NCBI GenBank assembly: GCA_965207445.1 | Contig: CBDBLX010000002.1 | Coordinates: 2,424,124-2,488,123 of the forward strand | DNA from: Nitrosopumilus sp. | GTDB taxonomy: Archaea > Thermoproteota > Nitrososphaeria > Nitrososphaerales > Nitrosopumilaceae | Reading direction: 5' to 3' | Length of the DNA: 64,000 nucleotides | Shown: positions 19,906 through 30,593 of the stretch, piece by piece | Layout: the number at the start of each line of letters is the position of its first letter | How positions within the stretch are numbered: the first letter of the stretch is position 1 | The notes under the pieces: generated by a model | What the model was told of the DNA's origin: nothing | Databases searched by the model: none | The model's input: only the letters and a program-made list of their open reading frames with translations | Program-made: the position numbers and the translations under genes

Positions 19906-20700
19906 CGACGGATAGATATCAGTTCTGCGGTTATTCAAGAGTGGGAGAGATTTACGTGTATCTTTGACTTTAGAGATATCAATTTCGACGTATCCTATAC
20001 CGTGCTGTTGCTTCATGTCAAGCAGTATCTTGCCATACGGATCAACTGCCATACTATGTCCACAATAAATGTGTCCGATCTGGTCAGGTGCGATCACATA
20101 ACACCCATTCTCAATCGCACGTGTTTTGTTTAATGTACGCCAATGTTCTTTTTTCATATATCCATTCACCCACGCAGAAGGGGCCACTAGTACCTCAGAG
20201 CCAGATGCAGCAAGTGAGCGTGAAATTTCAGGAAATCGTAAATCATAGCACACCATCATGCCAACTCTACCAATTGCAGTTTTAACTGGTTTGGTAATAA
20301 AAGCACCCGGTGTCATTTTGTTGGATTCTTTGAATCCAAGCGCATCATATAAATGAATTTTTCTATATGTCGATATTACTTTGCCTTTTTTATCAGACAC
20401 AAACACAGTATCATAAACACGATTGCGCACATTACTTGTCTCATAAATTGAGCCGATAACTTGTATGTTGTGTTTTTTAGCAGATTTAGAGATGGTAGAG
20501 ACAAAATTACCAGTTATGGGTTCTGCCTCTTGTGCAAGTTGATGTGACGTTTGAGACGAGCTCGTATAAAACATCATAAATTCTGGAAAAGCACATAGTG
20601 CGGCGCCATTATCAGCTGCTTTTTTTATATATGATAATATTTTATCAAGATTCTTTTGCTTGTCAGTCGATGCCTTGAATTGAACTATTGCAGCCTTCAA
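19894..20700 (-). CDS. Carbon-nitrogen hydrolase (nitrilase superfamily)
   Basis: FPE, YRKIHLYD, CYDLRFPE catalytic motifs; TTG start assumed. Confidence 0.92.
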   Translation of the reverse strand: MKAAIVQFKASTDKQKNLDKILSYIKKAADNGAALCAFPEFMMFYTSSSQTSHQLAQEAEPITGNFVSTISKSAKKHNIQVIGSIYETSNVRNRVYDTVFVSDKKGKVISTYRKIHLYDALGFKESNKMTPGAFITKPVKTAIGRVGMMVCYDLRFPEISRSLAASGSEVLVAPSAWVNGYMKKEHWRTLNKTRAIENGCYVIAPDQIGHIYCGHSMAVDPYGKILLDMKQQHGIGYVEIDISKVKDTRKSLPLLNNRRTDIYPSLRI

Positions 20701-20818
20701 TGCAACAATACACACAATACACAATAAAGGTTTAATCAAAATAATTAGTAATATTAAATTTTTACATACAAGATCATTTTTAGCAATTTAAAATGAATTT
20801 GGCTAAAAAATAGAATAG

Positions 20819-20995
20819 TTAGAGTTGTTTGCCTGCAAGAAACCAATTATCTTTTGAATTCTCATCAAAGACAACGATCACATGCTCTTTTTTTGTCCCG
20901 AGTATTTTAACTGCAGATTCGGTCAAGGATTTTGCAAACTCTTCTTTTTGTTCTTGCGTTCTGCCAGGATACATTGACACCGTAATTAAAGGCAT
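20819..20995 (-). CDS. 4-oxalocrotonate tautomerase family protein (58 aa, not in ORF track)
   Basis: MPLITVSMYPGRTQEQKEEFAKSLT...VIVVFDE....WFLAG; catalytic Pro1. Confidence 0.9.
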   Translation of the reverse strand: MPLITVSMYPGRTQEQKEEFAKSLTESAVKILGTKKEHVIVVFDENSKDNWFLAGKQL

Positions 20996-21026
20996 AACAT
21001 CATCACTGTACGTTTAGATATATTTG

Positions 21027-21791
21027 TTAATAGTCAGGTCTGTACCCATATCTTGTACCATACAAGGGTTGTGAATCAAACGCTTTTTTGTATATATAAG
21101 CAGTTATCAGACCAATGATAAAGCCCCCAATATGTGCAAGATATGCAGTTCCACCACCTGCAACACCAAACCCACCTACAAAATATGGCAATAAATTCTG
21201 CATGATGAGCCAAAACGGCAAAAACCATTTTGCCTGTATATGCAACATAAAATATCCAACAAATGTAAGAATTCGGGCACGAGGAAATAGTACCAGATAT
21301 GCCCCCAATACGCCAGATATTGCACCAGACGCGCCAACTGCCGGAATTACACTAGTCGGGTCACCGTATATGTGTGCTAATCCAGCTATTATTCCCCACG
21401 CCAGATATATTCCAAGATATTTGAACTTGCCGAACTTTTGTTCTATATTATCACCAAACACCCACAAAAATAACATGTTGCCACCAAAATGTAACAATCC
21501 ACCGTGCATAAATACAGAACTGAGTAATGGCAAAAATTGCACGTCATGACATGGTATTGATACTTGACCACCACCAAAATTTATCAATGATGAGGTAGCG
21601 CCAGTTATACAATTTGGTACAGCACCCCATCCATAAAACATCTCAAAAGCTTTGGAGTTTGTAAAGTCAAATATCTGACCGGTAAAGATAACAGATAGTA
21701 TAAACACAATAGTATTTGCAATTATTAATAATATAGTCATAATAGGTTTAAAGCCTGGAGGATGGGGATTTTCATCTTTTAGTGGAATCAT
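21027..21791 (-). CDS. Rhomboid intramembrane serine protease
   Basis: HGG..HF.GNM, GASGAISG, AHIGG. Confidence 0.95.
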   Translation of the reverse strand: MIPLKDENPHPPGFKPIMTILLIIANTIVFILSVIFTGQIFDFTNSKAFEMFYGWGAVPNCITGATSSLINFGGGQVSIPCHDVQFLPLLSSVFMHGGLLHFGGNMLFLWVFGDNIEQKFGKFKYLGIYLAWGIIAGLAHIYGDPTSVIPAVGASGAISGVLGAYLVLFPRARILTFVGYFMLHIQAKWFLPFWLIMQNLLPYFVGGFGVAGGGTAYLAHIGGFIIGLITAYIYKKAFDSQPLYGTRYGYRPDY

Positions 21792-22607
21792 CTTACGATT
21801 TGGCTAGTAGAAATTCTCTAATAAGATTTGCCAATTTGAGTCGTAAATTTAACTGTGTAAGTTTAATTGTTTACGCTTGTCATTGCACATGATTTTGTAC
21901 GATAAATTCTGCTACTAGAAATATTAAAAGTACATATTGTATAAAAATACTCATTAGTGCAACATCCAATTATCCGTGTGAACCAAGCTCTTTGGACGCA
22001 ATAATGAAATCATATACTTGTATTTGGTGTGTATGTCATTGTTACGACTGGTGTATTTGTTATATATAGTTTCATTAAAGATCCGATAGTTTTTAGACAT
22101 TGTTATAATCATATATTTGGAAATCAAGCAGGCCCCAGTTGTAATCCATACATGCTCCATGTAAAGTGCCAGCCGTGTATTCAGGCGTGGCAAAAAGTAT
22201 GTGGAATATCAAATATCTGACCGGTAAAGATAACAGATAGTATAAACACAATAGTATTTGCAATTATTAATAATATAGTCATAATAGGTTTAAAGCCTGG
22301 AGGATGGGGATTTTCATCTTTTAGTGGAATCATCTTACGATTTGACGATGCTAGTAGAAATTCTCTAATAAGATTTGCCAATTTGAGTCGTAAATTTAAC
22401 TGTGTAAGTTTAATTGTTTACGCTTGTCATTGCACATGATTTTGTACGATAAATTCTGCTACTAGAAATATTAAAAGTACATATTGTATAAAAATACTCA
22501 TTAGTGCAACATCCAATTATCCGTGTGAACCAAGCTCTTTGGACGCAATAATGAAATCATATACTTGTATTTGGTGTGTATGTCATTGTTACGACTGGTG
22601 TATTTGT
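21667..22607. repeat. ~395-bp direct duplication (21667-22060 and 22209-22607) of the rhomboid 5' end and upstream region
   Basis: Copies appear identical apart from a 5-bp ACGAT insertion in copy 2; 148-bp unique spacer. Confidence 0.93.
22181..22333 (-). pseudogene. Truncated duplicate of the rhomboid N-terminus
   Basis: MIPLKDENPHPPGF...GQIFD identical to rhomboid, then unrelated tail IPHTFCHA*. Confidence 0.8.
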
Positions 22608-22814
22608 ATCTGCTACACATAGTGCCAATTACGTCTATTTTTCCACTCAGTACACAACTGCCTATATCTTTAATGAAACTGGCACTTGTTGTTGTATTGC
22701 GGCATGTATTGCGGCATGTATTGCGGCATGTATTTTATATACATATACTAAATATTTAATTTATAATAATACAGTCATAGAGATGTGTCACGTTGAATAA
22801 TAATAATAATAAAA

Positions 22815-24440
22815 TTACATTGGTGGTGCGCCAGGTGGTCCACCGCCAGGTGCACCTGAAACTGCAATAACATCATCAATCCTCAAGATCATGCATGCTG
22901 CCTCAGTAGCAGATTTGATTATCTGCTCTTTGACTGCGACAGGTTCAACAATATCAAGTTCAAACATATCACCGATTTCTGTGTTGCGTGCATCAATTCC
23001 AGTACTCTTGTTACCTTGGTCTTGTCTAGCCCTTAAAGTTGCCATTGTATCAATAGGATCCATTCCTGCATTTTCTGCAATTGTAAGTGGGATTGCCTCG
23101 AGTGCTTCTGCAAACTTTTTGATTGCAAGTTGTTCTCTACCATCAAAACTATCTGCCCATATCTTTAATTGTGATGCAACGTATGCTTCTGGTGCACCTC
23201 CACCTGCGACAATGGCAGGTTTCTCAATAACATCCTTTGTTACCATCAATGCATCATGAATAGAACGATCAACCTCATCTACAACTCGTTGTGAGCCACC
23301 TCTAATCAGCAACGATACAGAACGTGCATCCTTGCACCCTTCAATGAATACCCACTTGTCAGACTCTACTTTACGCTGTTGTGCCAAGCCTGCAATACCC
23401 AAGTCTTTTGCAGATAGATCGTCAATATTACTAGTGACACGTCCACCAGTTGCTTTTGCTAGTTTGGTCATATCACTTTCCTTTACACGACGAATTGCCA
23501 TTATTCCGTGTTTTGCCAAGTAATGTTGTGCGATATCATCAATACCTTTTTGACATATTACCACATTTGCGCCAGCATCTTTGATCTTGTTAACCATATC
23601 ACGTAACATACGATTTTCCTCCTCCAAGAATAGCTGCATCTGAGTAGGATCAGATATACGAATCTCAGAGCTCATCTCTGTCTTTTCAATCTCAAGGGCA
23701 GTATCCACAAGTGCAATTTTTGCATCTGTAATCTTTGATGGCATGCCACTATGTACAATCTCTTTATCCAGTACAATGCCATTAACAACTTGTGTGTCAT
23801 GTATAGAACCACCAGCCTTTTTCTCTACCTTTATGTTATCCAAATCAACCACATACGAGTCACCAGACTGTTCTGCAATACTTAGTATTGCATCTACAAC
23901 TACATCTGCTAGCTCTGTACTATCCTCAGATATTAGTTTGGACTCCATGCTAGTCTTTGCAATTTTTATTAGTTCATTACGATCATCAGGTTTTATCGTC
24001 TTTGCCATCTTTGAGTAAATTTCAAGTGCCTTTTCTGATGCGGCTTGAAATCCTTCTATTATGGTAGAAGAGTGAACGTCTTTTTTAAGTAAATCTTCGG
24101 CTCTGCCCAACAGAGTACCACCAAATACAACAGATGATGTAGTACCGTCACCGACTTCATTGTCCACAGTCTTTGATATCTCTACAATCATCTTTGCAGC
24201 AGGATGTTGTACATCAATCTCTTTTAGTATTGTAGCACCGTCATTTGTTATAGTGACATCTCCTAATGAGTCAACTAGCATCTTGTCAAGTCCTCTTGGT
24301 CCTAGACTACTCTTGACCAACTCTGCTACTAGTTTTGCAGCAGTAATGTTGTTTTGTTGAGCATCCTTGCCTTTTTGCTGTAGGGCACTCTCCTTTAGAA
24401 CTAGTACCGGTCCGTTTGGTCCTTGCTGTATTGACGCCAT
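22815..24440 (-). CDS. ths: Thermosome (group II chaperonin) subunit
   Basis: [30 protein letters not shown]. Confidence 0.97.
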   Translation of the reverse strand: MASIQQGPNGPVLVLKESALQQKGKDAQQNNITAAKLVAELVKSSLGPRGLDKMLVDSLGDVTITNDGATILKEIDVQHPAAKMIVEISKTVDNEVGDGTTSSVVFGGTLLGRAEDLLKKDVHSSTIIEGFQAASEKALEIYSKMAKTIKPDDRNELIKIAKTSMESKLISEDSTELADVVVDAILSIAEQSGDSYVVDLDNIKVEKKAGGSIHDTQVVNGIVLDKEIVHSGMPSKITDAKIALVDTALEIEKTEMSSEIRISDPTQMQLFLEEENRMLRDMVNKIKDAGANVVICQKGIDDIAQHYLAKHGIMAIRRVKESDMTKLAKATGGRVTSNIDDLSAKDLGIAGLAQQRKVESDKWVFIEGCKDARSVSLLIRGGSQRVVDEVDRSIHDALMVTKDVIEKPAIVAGGGAPEAYVASQLKIWADSFDGREQLAIKKFAEALEAIPLTIAENAGMDPIDTMATLRARQDQGNKSTGIDARNTEIGDMFELDIVEPVAVKEQIIKSATEAACMILRIDDVIAVSGAPGGGPPGAPPM

Positions 24441-24650
24441 ATTACAAAAATTGTGGCGAAATAACCCCTTTTTTAATATTACTTAAGCAGAATATAATCA
24501 TATATAGAGTAATTTTGGAGTCAAAAACCACACATTGAGTAAAAAATTTGAGTAGATGCATATGATAACCAGCAAAACAATGCACATGTTATGTGATGAT
24601 TATTGGAATAATTATAATATGATCAAATTACCCAAAATATACCATAATAA

Positions 24651-26504
24651 TCAATCATATATTAGTGGCTTTATCTTTGTCTTACGCTTTACATCTATCA
24701 TACCACCATCAGACGTGATTCTGATTGCAGGCAACGCTAAAAATGGTAAAAAGAGTGGTATCAGTATAGGATTCTTAAAGCGGCACCCCGCATCTGCAAA
24801 TGCATCATTTATCTGCGACTGTTGCTCTAATACACAATCAAAAGGTTTAGTCGATACAATTCCTGCAAACTCAAGTGGCATAGAGGCGATGATCTTACCA
24901 TGATTTGATACTGCCACACCTCCATTGCAACGTTTCAGATGATTTGCCACAAGAGCCATATCATTGTCATTTGAACCAATTACAATCATGTCGTTTTCAT
25001 GAAATGACCATGTACTTGCAAATGCTCCAATATCACATCCAAGCCCCTGTAAAAATCCAATCGAAGATTTAGGTTTGTGGTTTGTAGTGCGGTTTGCAGT
25101 GCGGTTTGCAGTGCGGTTTGCAGTGTGGTTTGTAGTGTGATACACACGCCTAATTGCTGCCACTTTCCATATATCAGAATCATCGATATCCTCAGATATG
25201 ATAACTCTGTTGTGCTCATCAATATCAATATCAATCAAACCAGCGCCTGTTATAATCTCAGTTTTTAGTATGATGGTATTTGCTCTGATAGGTTTTCTCT
25301 TTGATACAATCTCAAAATCACGTGCATTCATCTTTGGAATCTGAACTGTACGTTTGATCCAAGGTGGTATGCGTTTTAAAGGAATATCTATTACAAGTTT
25401 TCCATTATGCACAACAACATTACCACCCACCATTACGATATCTGGTTTAAACGATATGTCATCTTTTAACACAAGTATATCAGCAAATCTTCCAGGCGCA
25501 ATACCACCAAAATCGCGTTCCAATTTATAATAGTCAAAGACGTTTCTAGTTGCCATTATAATCGCATCAATAGGTCTTACACCAAGTTTAACTGCCTCAC
25601 TTACACAATAATCAATATGTCCATACTTTCTGATTGCACTAGGATCAAGTCCATCAGAACAAAACATCAATCTATCAATATACGTCTTATTTGATAATAG
25701 TCTAGTTATGATTGTAGCCAAATCACGACGAATAGATCCTTCACGTATCATCACCCACATGCCTAGTCTCAATCGTTGTATGACTTGATCAAAGTCTATA
25801 GGTTCATGGCATGACAATATTCCAGATGCAATATACGCCTCTAATTTCTTCTCAGAGGTACCAGCAGTATGACCATTTATTATATAGTTGTGGCGTATCA
25901 TATTTGCCATGGAATTGATAGTATGCGAGTCTTGTTGTGTCACTTTGGTCCATGAAAAAACCTCACCCATTCCGACTACATCAGAATTATCTTTGATAAG
26001 TTTGATCTGTTTTGATGAAGATAATGCTCCGTTGTCATTACGGCGGCCAAGTAAAGGCTCAACAGGTAATCCACCTGGCACAGTCTGAAATATTCGAATT
26101 GGTAAATTGCGTCCTGCATTCAAAAATGCTTCAAATCCTCTATATCCTGCTACATTTGTGACATCTATTGGATCAGAGAAGAGTGCAGTCACGCCACACA
26201 ATAGTGCTTCTTTGGCAAACTCAGATGGCATTACGAACTGATCTATATGTAGATGTGGGTCAGCAAAACCTGGACAGACATATCTGTTTTTGGCATCAAT
26301 GATCTTTGTGTCCGGTCCCCTTGTGTGTGATGCATCACACCCCACATAAGATATTCTGTCCTTGTGTATTGCAATTTGCATATTGTGTAATATTTCGCCG
26401 GTGTATACTGAGAATATAGTACAATTAGTTAGTATGGTTGTAGAAGGTATCTCACCCAAGGCAGCAGATATACTGTTTTGTATTGTAGAATGCTCAAAAG
26501 CCAC
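24651..26504 (-). CDS. ade: Adenine deaminase
   Basis: PGFADPHLHID, MGEV, NGH, SCHE, REGS, FCSDG, HENDM.VIG. Confidence 0.9.
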   Translation of the reverse strand: MAFEHSTIQNSISAALGEIPSTTILTNCTIFSVYTGEILHNMQIAIHKDRISYVGCDASHTRGPDTKIIDAKNRYVCPGFADPHLHIDQFVMPSEFAKEALLCGVTALFSDPIDVTNVAGYRGFEAFLNAGRNLPIRIFQTVPGGLPVEPLLGRRNDNGALSSSKQIKLIKDNSDVVGMGEVFSWTKVTQQDSHTINSMANMIRHNYIINGHTAGTSEKKLEAYIASGILSCHEPIDFDQVIQRLRLGMWVMIREGSIRRDLATIITRLLSNKTYIDRLMFCSDGLDPSAIRKYGHIDYCVSEAVKLGVRPIDAIIMATRNVFDYYKLERDFGGIAPGRFADILVLKDDISFKPDIVMVGGNVVVHNGKLVIDIPLKRIPPWIKRTVQIPKMNARDFEIVSKRKPIRANTIILKTEIITGAGLIDIDIDEHNRVIISEDIDDSDIWKVAAIRRVYHTTNHTANRTANRTANRTTNHKPKSSIGFLQGLGCDIGAFASTWSFHENDMIVIGSNDNDMALVANHLKRCNGGVAVSNHGKIIASMPLEFAGIVSTKPFDCVLEQQSQINDAFADAGCRFKNPILIPLFLPFLALPAIRITSDGGMIDVKRKTKIKPLIYD

Positions 26505-26607
26505 GCATATGCTATGACATGGATCTATTTATTTTCAGTTTTAAGGCCTCTTTATACTATAACCACACAATCCAATGCTTAAATTACGGTTAAAAAGGTG
26601 GCATCTC

Positions 26608-26889
26608 ATGAACATTCCCAAAGTCATCCGCAAATACTGCGCCAAATGCAAGACACATGCAGAACACAAAGTCTCAATATACAAAGCAGGTAAGAGACGC
26701 GGGTCGGCTAGAGGAGAACGTAGACATGCTGAGCGTAAAAAAGGATACGGAGGCCAAAAGTTTCCTAAGCTTGCAAAGCCTGCAAAGGTGACAAAAAAGG
26801 TCACACCATTGTTGACATGCACATCATGCAAGAAAAAGTTCAACAAGCCAGGAATACGTATAAAGAAATTTGAGTTGGTGGCAACATGA
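26608..26889 (+). CDS. rpl44e: 50S ribosomal protein L44e
   Basis: YCAKCKTH.EHKV..YK.G...GYGGQKFP...KVTKK...C..C. Confidence 0.97.
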   Translation: MNIPKVIRKYCAKCKTHAEHKVSIYKAGKRRGSARGERRHAERKKGYGGQKFPKLAKPAKVTKKVTPLLTCTSCKKKFNKPGIRIKKFELVAT

Positions 26890-27122
26890 AAAAAAATCAC
26901 ATTGATATTCCAATCCCATCTAGTAAGTTTTACAAACTAGAGTGCTCAGAGTGTACTGAGATACAAGTAGTATACTCACACGCCACAACACAAGTATTTT
27001 GCAACCAGTGTGGGAGTCCGCTTGCAACACCATCAGGATCAAAATCAAATTTAGCAGGAAAGATCAAAGGGGCAGTTGATACCACTATAATAGATATTAC
27101 TACACAAACAATAGAGAAATAA
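26886..27122 (+). CDS. rps27e: 30S ribosomal protein S27e
   Basis: PSSKF..LECSEC...QVVYSH....V.CNQCG..LA.P.G. Confidence 0.95.
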   Translation: MKKNHIDIPIPSSKFYKLECSECTEIQVVYSHATTQVFCNQCGSPLATPSGSKSNLAGKIKGAVDTTIIDITTQTIEK

Positions 27123-27869
27123 TTACAATTGTGTAGAGTTTTCAATGTATGTTGTATAGTCATTTGCAGTGTTAATTGAGATTGTAATTCTGTGATCATC
27201 TATTATGACATGTCGTTGAGGCAATTCATCGCATGTAGATGAGCCAACACAATTGAGATCCACAATAGATATGCCAGTGTAATAACAATATGTGCCATTA
27301 TGATTATTATTAGTAGTATAATTATTTACAAAAACCTCATACTCAAACTCACGGTTCCACAGTGTTGCATATGATTTTGATACAACAATACATGTGCACA
27401 TGTTTTTTGCATAATGATTGGCAATACGTAAAATTATTGCAGTATCTAAAAATGGCATATCACCAGATACAACAAGAGCACCCATATCACCATCACATGT
27501 ATTTGTATCATGTGAGATTACATGTAATGCGTCTTTCAAGTCTTGAGAGTATCCTGTCCCTTTTGAGTCAATTATACTGACAAGTGGATGGTCTCCATAC
27601 GTCTCATAAATTTTGTTTTGAGTTGCAGGGGCATTTTTATTAGATGTTATGACAAAGATTTTACTCATACAGCCAGAACTCAAAAGTGTATCTATTACAT
27701 GTGCAACTAGTGGTTTTTTAGAAGATGTAAAAGATGGGGCACAAAAAAGTAATTTTTCTATATTGCCATCTTTGTAAAATGATTTGATTTTGTTAATAGT
27801 AGTAGTAGTAGTAGTAGTAGCAATATTGATTCTACTACCCTTCCCACCTGCCATTACAATGCCGATCAT
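27123..27869 (-). CDS. cobY: Adenosylcobinamide-phosphate guanylyltransferase (CobY-like NTP transferase)
   Basis: MAGGKGSR, EK, GYSQDL, SGDMP, INT..D; within cob operon. Confidence 0.8.
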   Translation of the reverse strand: MIGIVMAGGKGSRINIATTTTTTTINKIKSFYKDGNIEKLLFCAPSFTSSKKPLVAHVIDTLLSSGCMSKIFVITSNKNAPATQNKIYETYGDHPLVSIIDSKGTGYSQDLKDALHVISHDTNTCDGDMGALVVSGDMPFLDTAIILRIANHYAKNMCTCIVVSKSYATLWNREFEYEVFVNNYTTNNNHNGTYCYYTGISIVDLNCVGSSTCDELPQRHVIIDDHRITISINTANDYTTYIENSTQL

Positions 27870-28666
27870 ATAGATACGAACACCGCCAAAACAAAAATAC
27901 GTACAATATCATTTGTAGCTCCAATCACATCACCTGTAATACCTCCAAAACAACGCTTGGCAACATATGCCAAAGATATAGGGATTATCAATACTGTCGC
28001 TGTCACTAAAATTATACCATAAAACCACACACCATCAAACACAAACATAATCATAGTAATAACTGCAATAGTAATTGCAATAGTAATTGCAATAGATGCC
28101 ATCATCTTACGTCTGTCTGTCTGTATTGCATTTGCAAACAAGAAACCGGTCCCATTTCCAACAGGTTTGCCGACCACACTTATTACAACCATTGAGAACT
28201 TTGCCAAGGTCTCTGCAAGTATTATACCAAATAGTACATGTATGCTAGATGATGTAAAGAGAGACAATGTAATTACAAGTCCTGCAATAGAGAGTACAAC
28301 TGCTACAATACCACCTGTTCCAGTTGTACGATCTTTCATAGCATCTAGTTTACGTTTGTGATCTCCACGAGCCATTAAACCATCTGCCATGTCGGCCAGA
28401 CCATCTGTGTGATGTAATCCAGTAATTACAAGTAAAACAGCAGATACCAGCAATCCTGCAAGCAACGGTTCTACTATTTCAAATACCCCCCATGCAAACA
28501 ACCCAACCACAAGTCCAATTGTAGCACCTACAACTGGAAAGAGATGCATGCTTCTCGCAGCACTATGAAGACTCACACAAGAATTCCCTGGCATGGGTAT
28601 GATACTAAGAAATGCAAACACTGATGCAAGTCCGCCCAATTTTCGAATTGTAAAAGAGTCTGTCAT
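27866..28666 (-). CDS. cobS: Cobalamin synthase
   Basis: TGLHHTDGLADMADG, MKD...G, FGGITGDVIGA. Confidence 0.93.
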   Translation of the reverse strand: MTDSFTIRKLGGLASVFAFLSIIPMPGNSCVSLHSAARSMHLFPVVGATIGLVVGLFAWGVFEIVEPLLAGLLVSAVLLVITGLHHTDGLADMADGLMARGDHKRKLDAMKDRTTGTGGIVAVVLSIAGLVITLSLFTSSSIHVLFGIILAETLAKFSMVVISVVGKPVGNGTGFLFANAIQTDRRKMMASIAITIAITIAVITMIMFVFDGVWFYGIILVTATVLIIPISLAYVAKRCFGGITGDVIGATNDIVRIFVLAVFVSI

Positions 28667-28716
28667 TGTGTATCTCCATCAACCATACTTTCTAAGTATA
28701 TGTAAACTATCAATCA

Positions 28717-29733
28717 TCACAAAAAATAACGTCCAAATATCACACCATACAAGAATCCAAGCGGCAAGACCACACCTATGGTAAACAAAAGTATGCTAGT
28801 CTTCATTAGCATAACAGCACGAGACACATCATCAAGCATCGGAGCATCACCATTAGCACATAATGTATACTGTCCGCTCTTCTCAAGTTTAATGTTCAAT
28901 GCTCCTGCCAGAGTTGCCATAGGATATCCAGAATTACGTGATGCAGTTGCATTACCATCACGTATCATAACACGATACGACTGTCTCCAATCATACTTGA
29001 GTAAAAACGCAGCACCTATCATTGATAGAGCTGTAAGCCTAGCAGGCAGATAGTTCAATATTGTATCTGCATGTGCAGCAAACCATCCCAAATTCTTAAA
29101 CATATCACTTTGATACCCGATCATAGAATCCGCAGTATTTATTACGCGATGTGCAAATGCCCCAGGTAGTCCAAACAGTCCATAATAAAATAAAGAGCCC
29201 GTCACTCCATCAACTGTATTCTCAGCTATACTCTCAAGCACACCTGATATGATATGTCTCTGATCAAGTTTACTTGTATCCCTCTTTACGATCATCGAAA
29301 GATTATTCCTTGCACGTGTCATATCATTATCATGTAATGATTCGATTACCGCATTAGCATACTTTTGCATACCGCGTATTGCAATTGTGCATTTTAATAG
29401 TATACAACTTATCAATACCGATACAAACGTATACGCAATAGCATCAAATATCATATTATGTGAATTATGCAGATAACTAGTATCACCCATACTAATCACA
29501 AAAAAGAACAATGACACTGCAGATACTACAACCATAACAACTATAACAACTGTTATTATTCCTCCAAGCCGCTCTACTCTAAATCCACGACATGCAAAAC
29601 ACGATACTAGAATTGATAAAAGACGGCCCATCCATGCCGTAGGATGAAAACGATTTCTCGGATCACCAAATGCCAAGTCAAGTACAATTGCACCAAATAC
29701 GACAAGACCAAACTCAAAAAAAAACATCATCAT
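28717..29733 (-). CDS. cbiB: Adenosylcobinamide-phosphate synthase (CbiB)
   Basis: GDP...HP, IVKRDT, ESIAENTVDG, NTADSMIGY, NSGYPMA. Confidence 0.93.
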   Translation of the reverse strand: MMMFFFEFGLVVFGAIVLDLAFGDPRNRFHPTAWMGRLLSILVSCFACRGFRVERLGGIITVVIVVMVVVSAVSLFFFVISMGDTSYLHNSHNMIFDAIAYTFVSVLISCILLKCTIAIRGMQKYANAVIESLHDNDMTRARNNLSMIVKRDTSKLDQRHIISGVLESIAENTVDGVTGSLFYYGLFGLPGAFAHRVINTADSMIGYQSDMFKNLGWFAAHADTILNYLPARLTALSMIGAAFLLKYDWRQSYRVMIRDGNATASRNSGYPMATLAGALNIKLEKSGQYTLCANGDAPMLDDVSRAVMLMKTSILLFTIGVVLPLGFLYGVIFGRYFL

Positions 29734-30593
29734 TACGTTATCATCTCCAAGATTTGATCAATCTCAAGATGGGCTTTAACATTTTTTGCAAGTGTATGTA
29801 ATCCCTGCTCTACATATGATGGTACATCACCAGTACTCCAGCGAGGCGCATCATCACGCGCATCAAGTGAATCCTCATCAGGAATACCAGTCAAGTCATC
29901 TAATACAGGAACCGTTCCGAGTGTGGGTACATTTGTGATATTATACAATGTATCATATCCTGGTTTTAGTATAGACTCGTCACCACGAAATTTGTTGAAT
30001 ACGAATCCCTTGACTAGACGAGCATCTTTATCAGGTAACAACTGCATTGTACCTGCAAGGGCTGCAAATGCCCCCCCTCGCTCAATATCACAAACCAAAA
30101 TGACAGCAGCATCATTTACCATATGTGCCATCTTCATGTTTGCTATATCGTATTTGACCAAGTTTATCTCAACAGGAGATCCTGCACCTTCCAATACCAC
30201 AACATCATACATGGCACTCAATGAACTCAACGACTCAGATGCAACTTTCAACCCATCAGTTAGTACAAAATTATTATAATAGGTGACAGAGTCCATCACG
30301 TCATACAGACGACCATTGACGTATACTTCACTTGTCATAGCACCTTTTATTGGCTTTAACAGTATGGGATTCAAGTGTGTGGTTATATTACATCTAGCTG
30401 CTGCTGCTTGCACTGCTTGGGCAGATGATATCTCCAGATCACGTATATGGTAAGAGTGTCTTGACATGTTCTGTGATTTGAATGGTGCCACTGTATACCC
30501 AAAGTCAGAGAGTATGCGACACAATGCAGCAGTAATAGTGCTTTTGCCTGCACCAGACGATGTTCCTTGTATCATTATGTGTCTTGCAGTCAT
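29733..30593 (-). CDS. cobQ: Cobyric acid synthase, synthetase domain only
   Basis: IMIQGTSSGAGKS, PFKSQNMS, EGAGSPVEINL, NKFRGD, EDS; ends without a glutaminase domain. Confidence 0.9.
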   Translation of the reverse strand: MTARHIMIQGTSSGAGKSTITAALCRILSDFGYTVAPFKSQNMSRHSYHIRDLEISSAQAVQAAAARCNITTHLNPILLKPIKGAMTSEVYVNGRLYDVMDSVTYYNNFVLTDGLKVASESLSSLSAMYDVVVLEGAGSPVEINLVKYDIANMKMAHMVNDAAVILVCDIERGGAFAALAGTMQLLPDKDARLVKGFVFNKFRGDESILKPGYDTLYNITNVPTLGTVPVLDDLTGIPDEDSLDARDDAPRWSTGDVPSYVEQGLHTLAKNVKAHLEIDQILEMIT

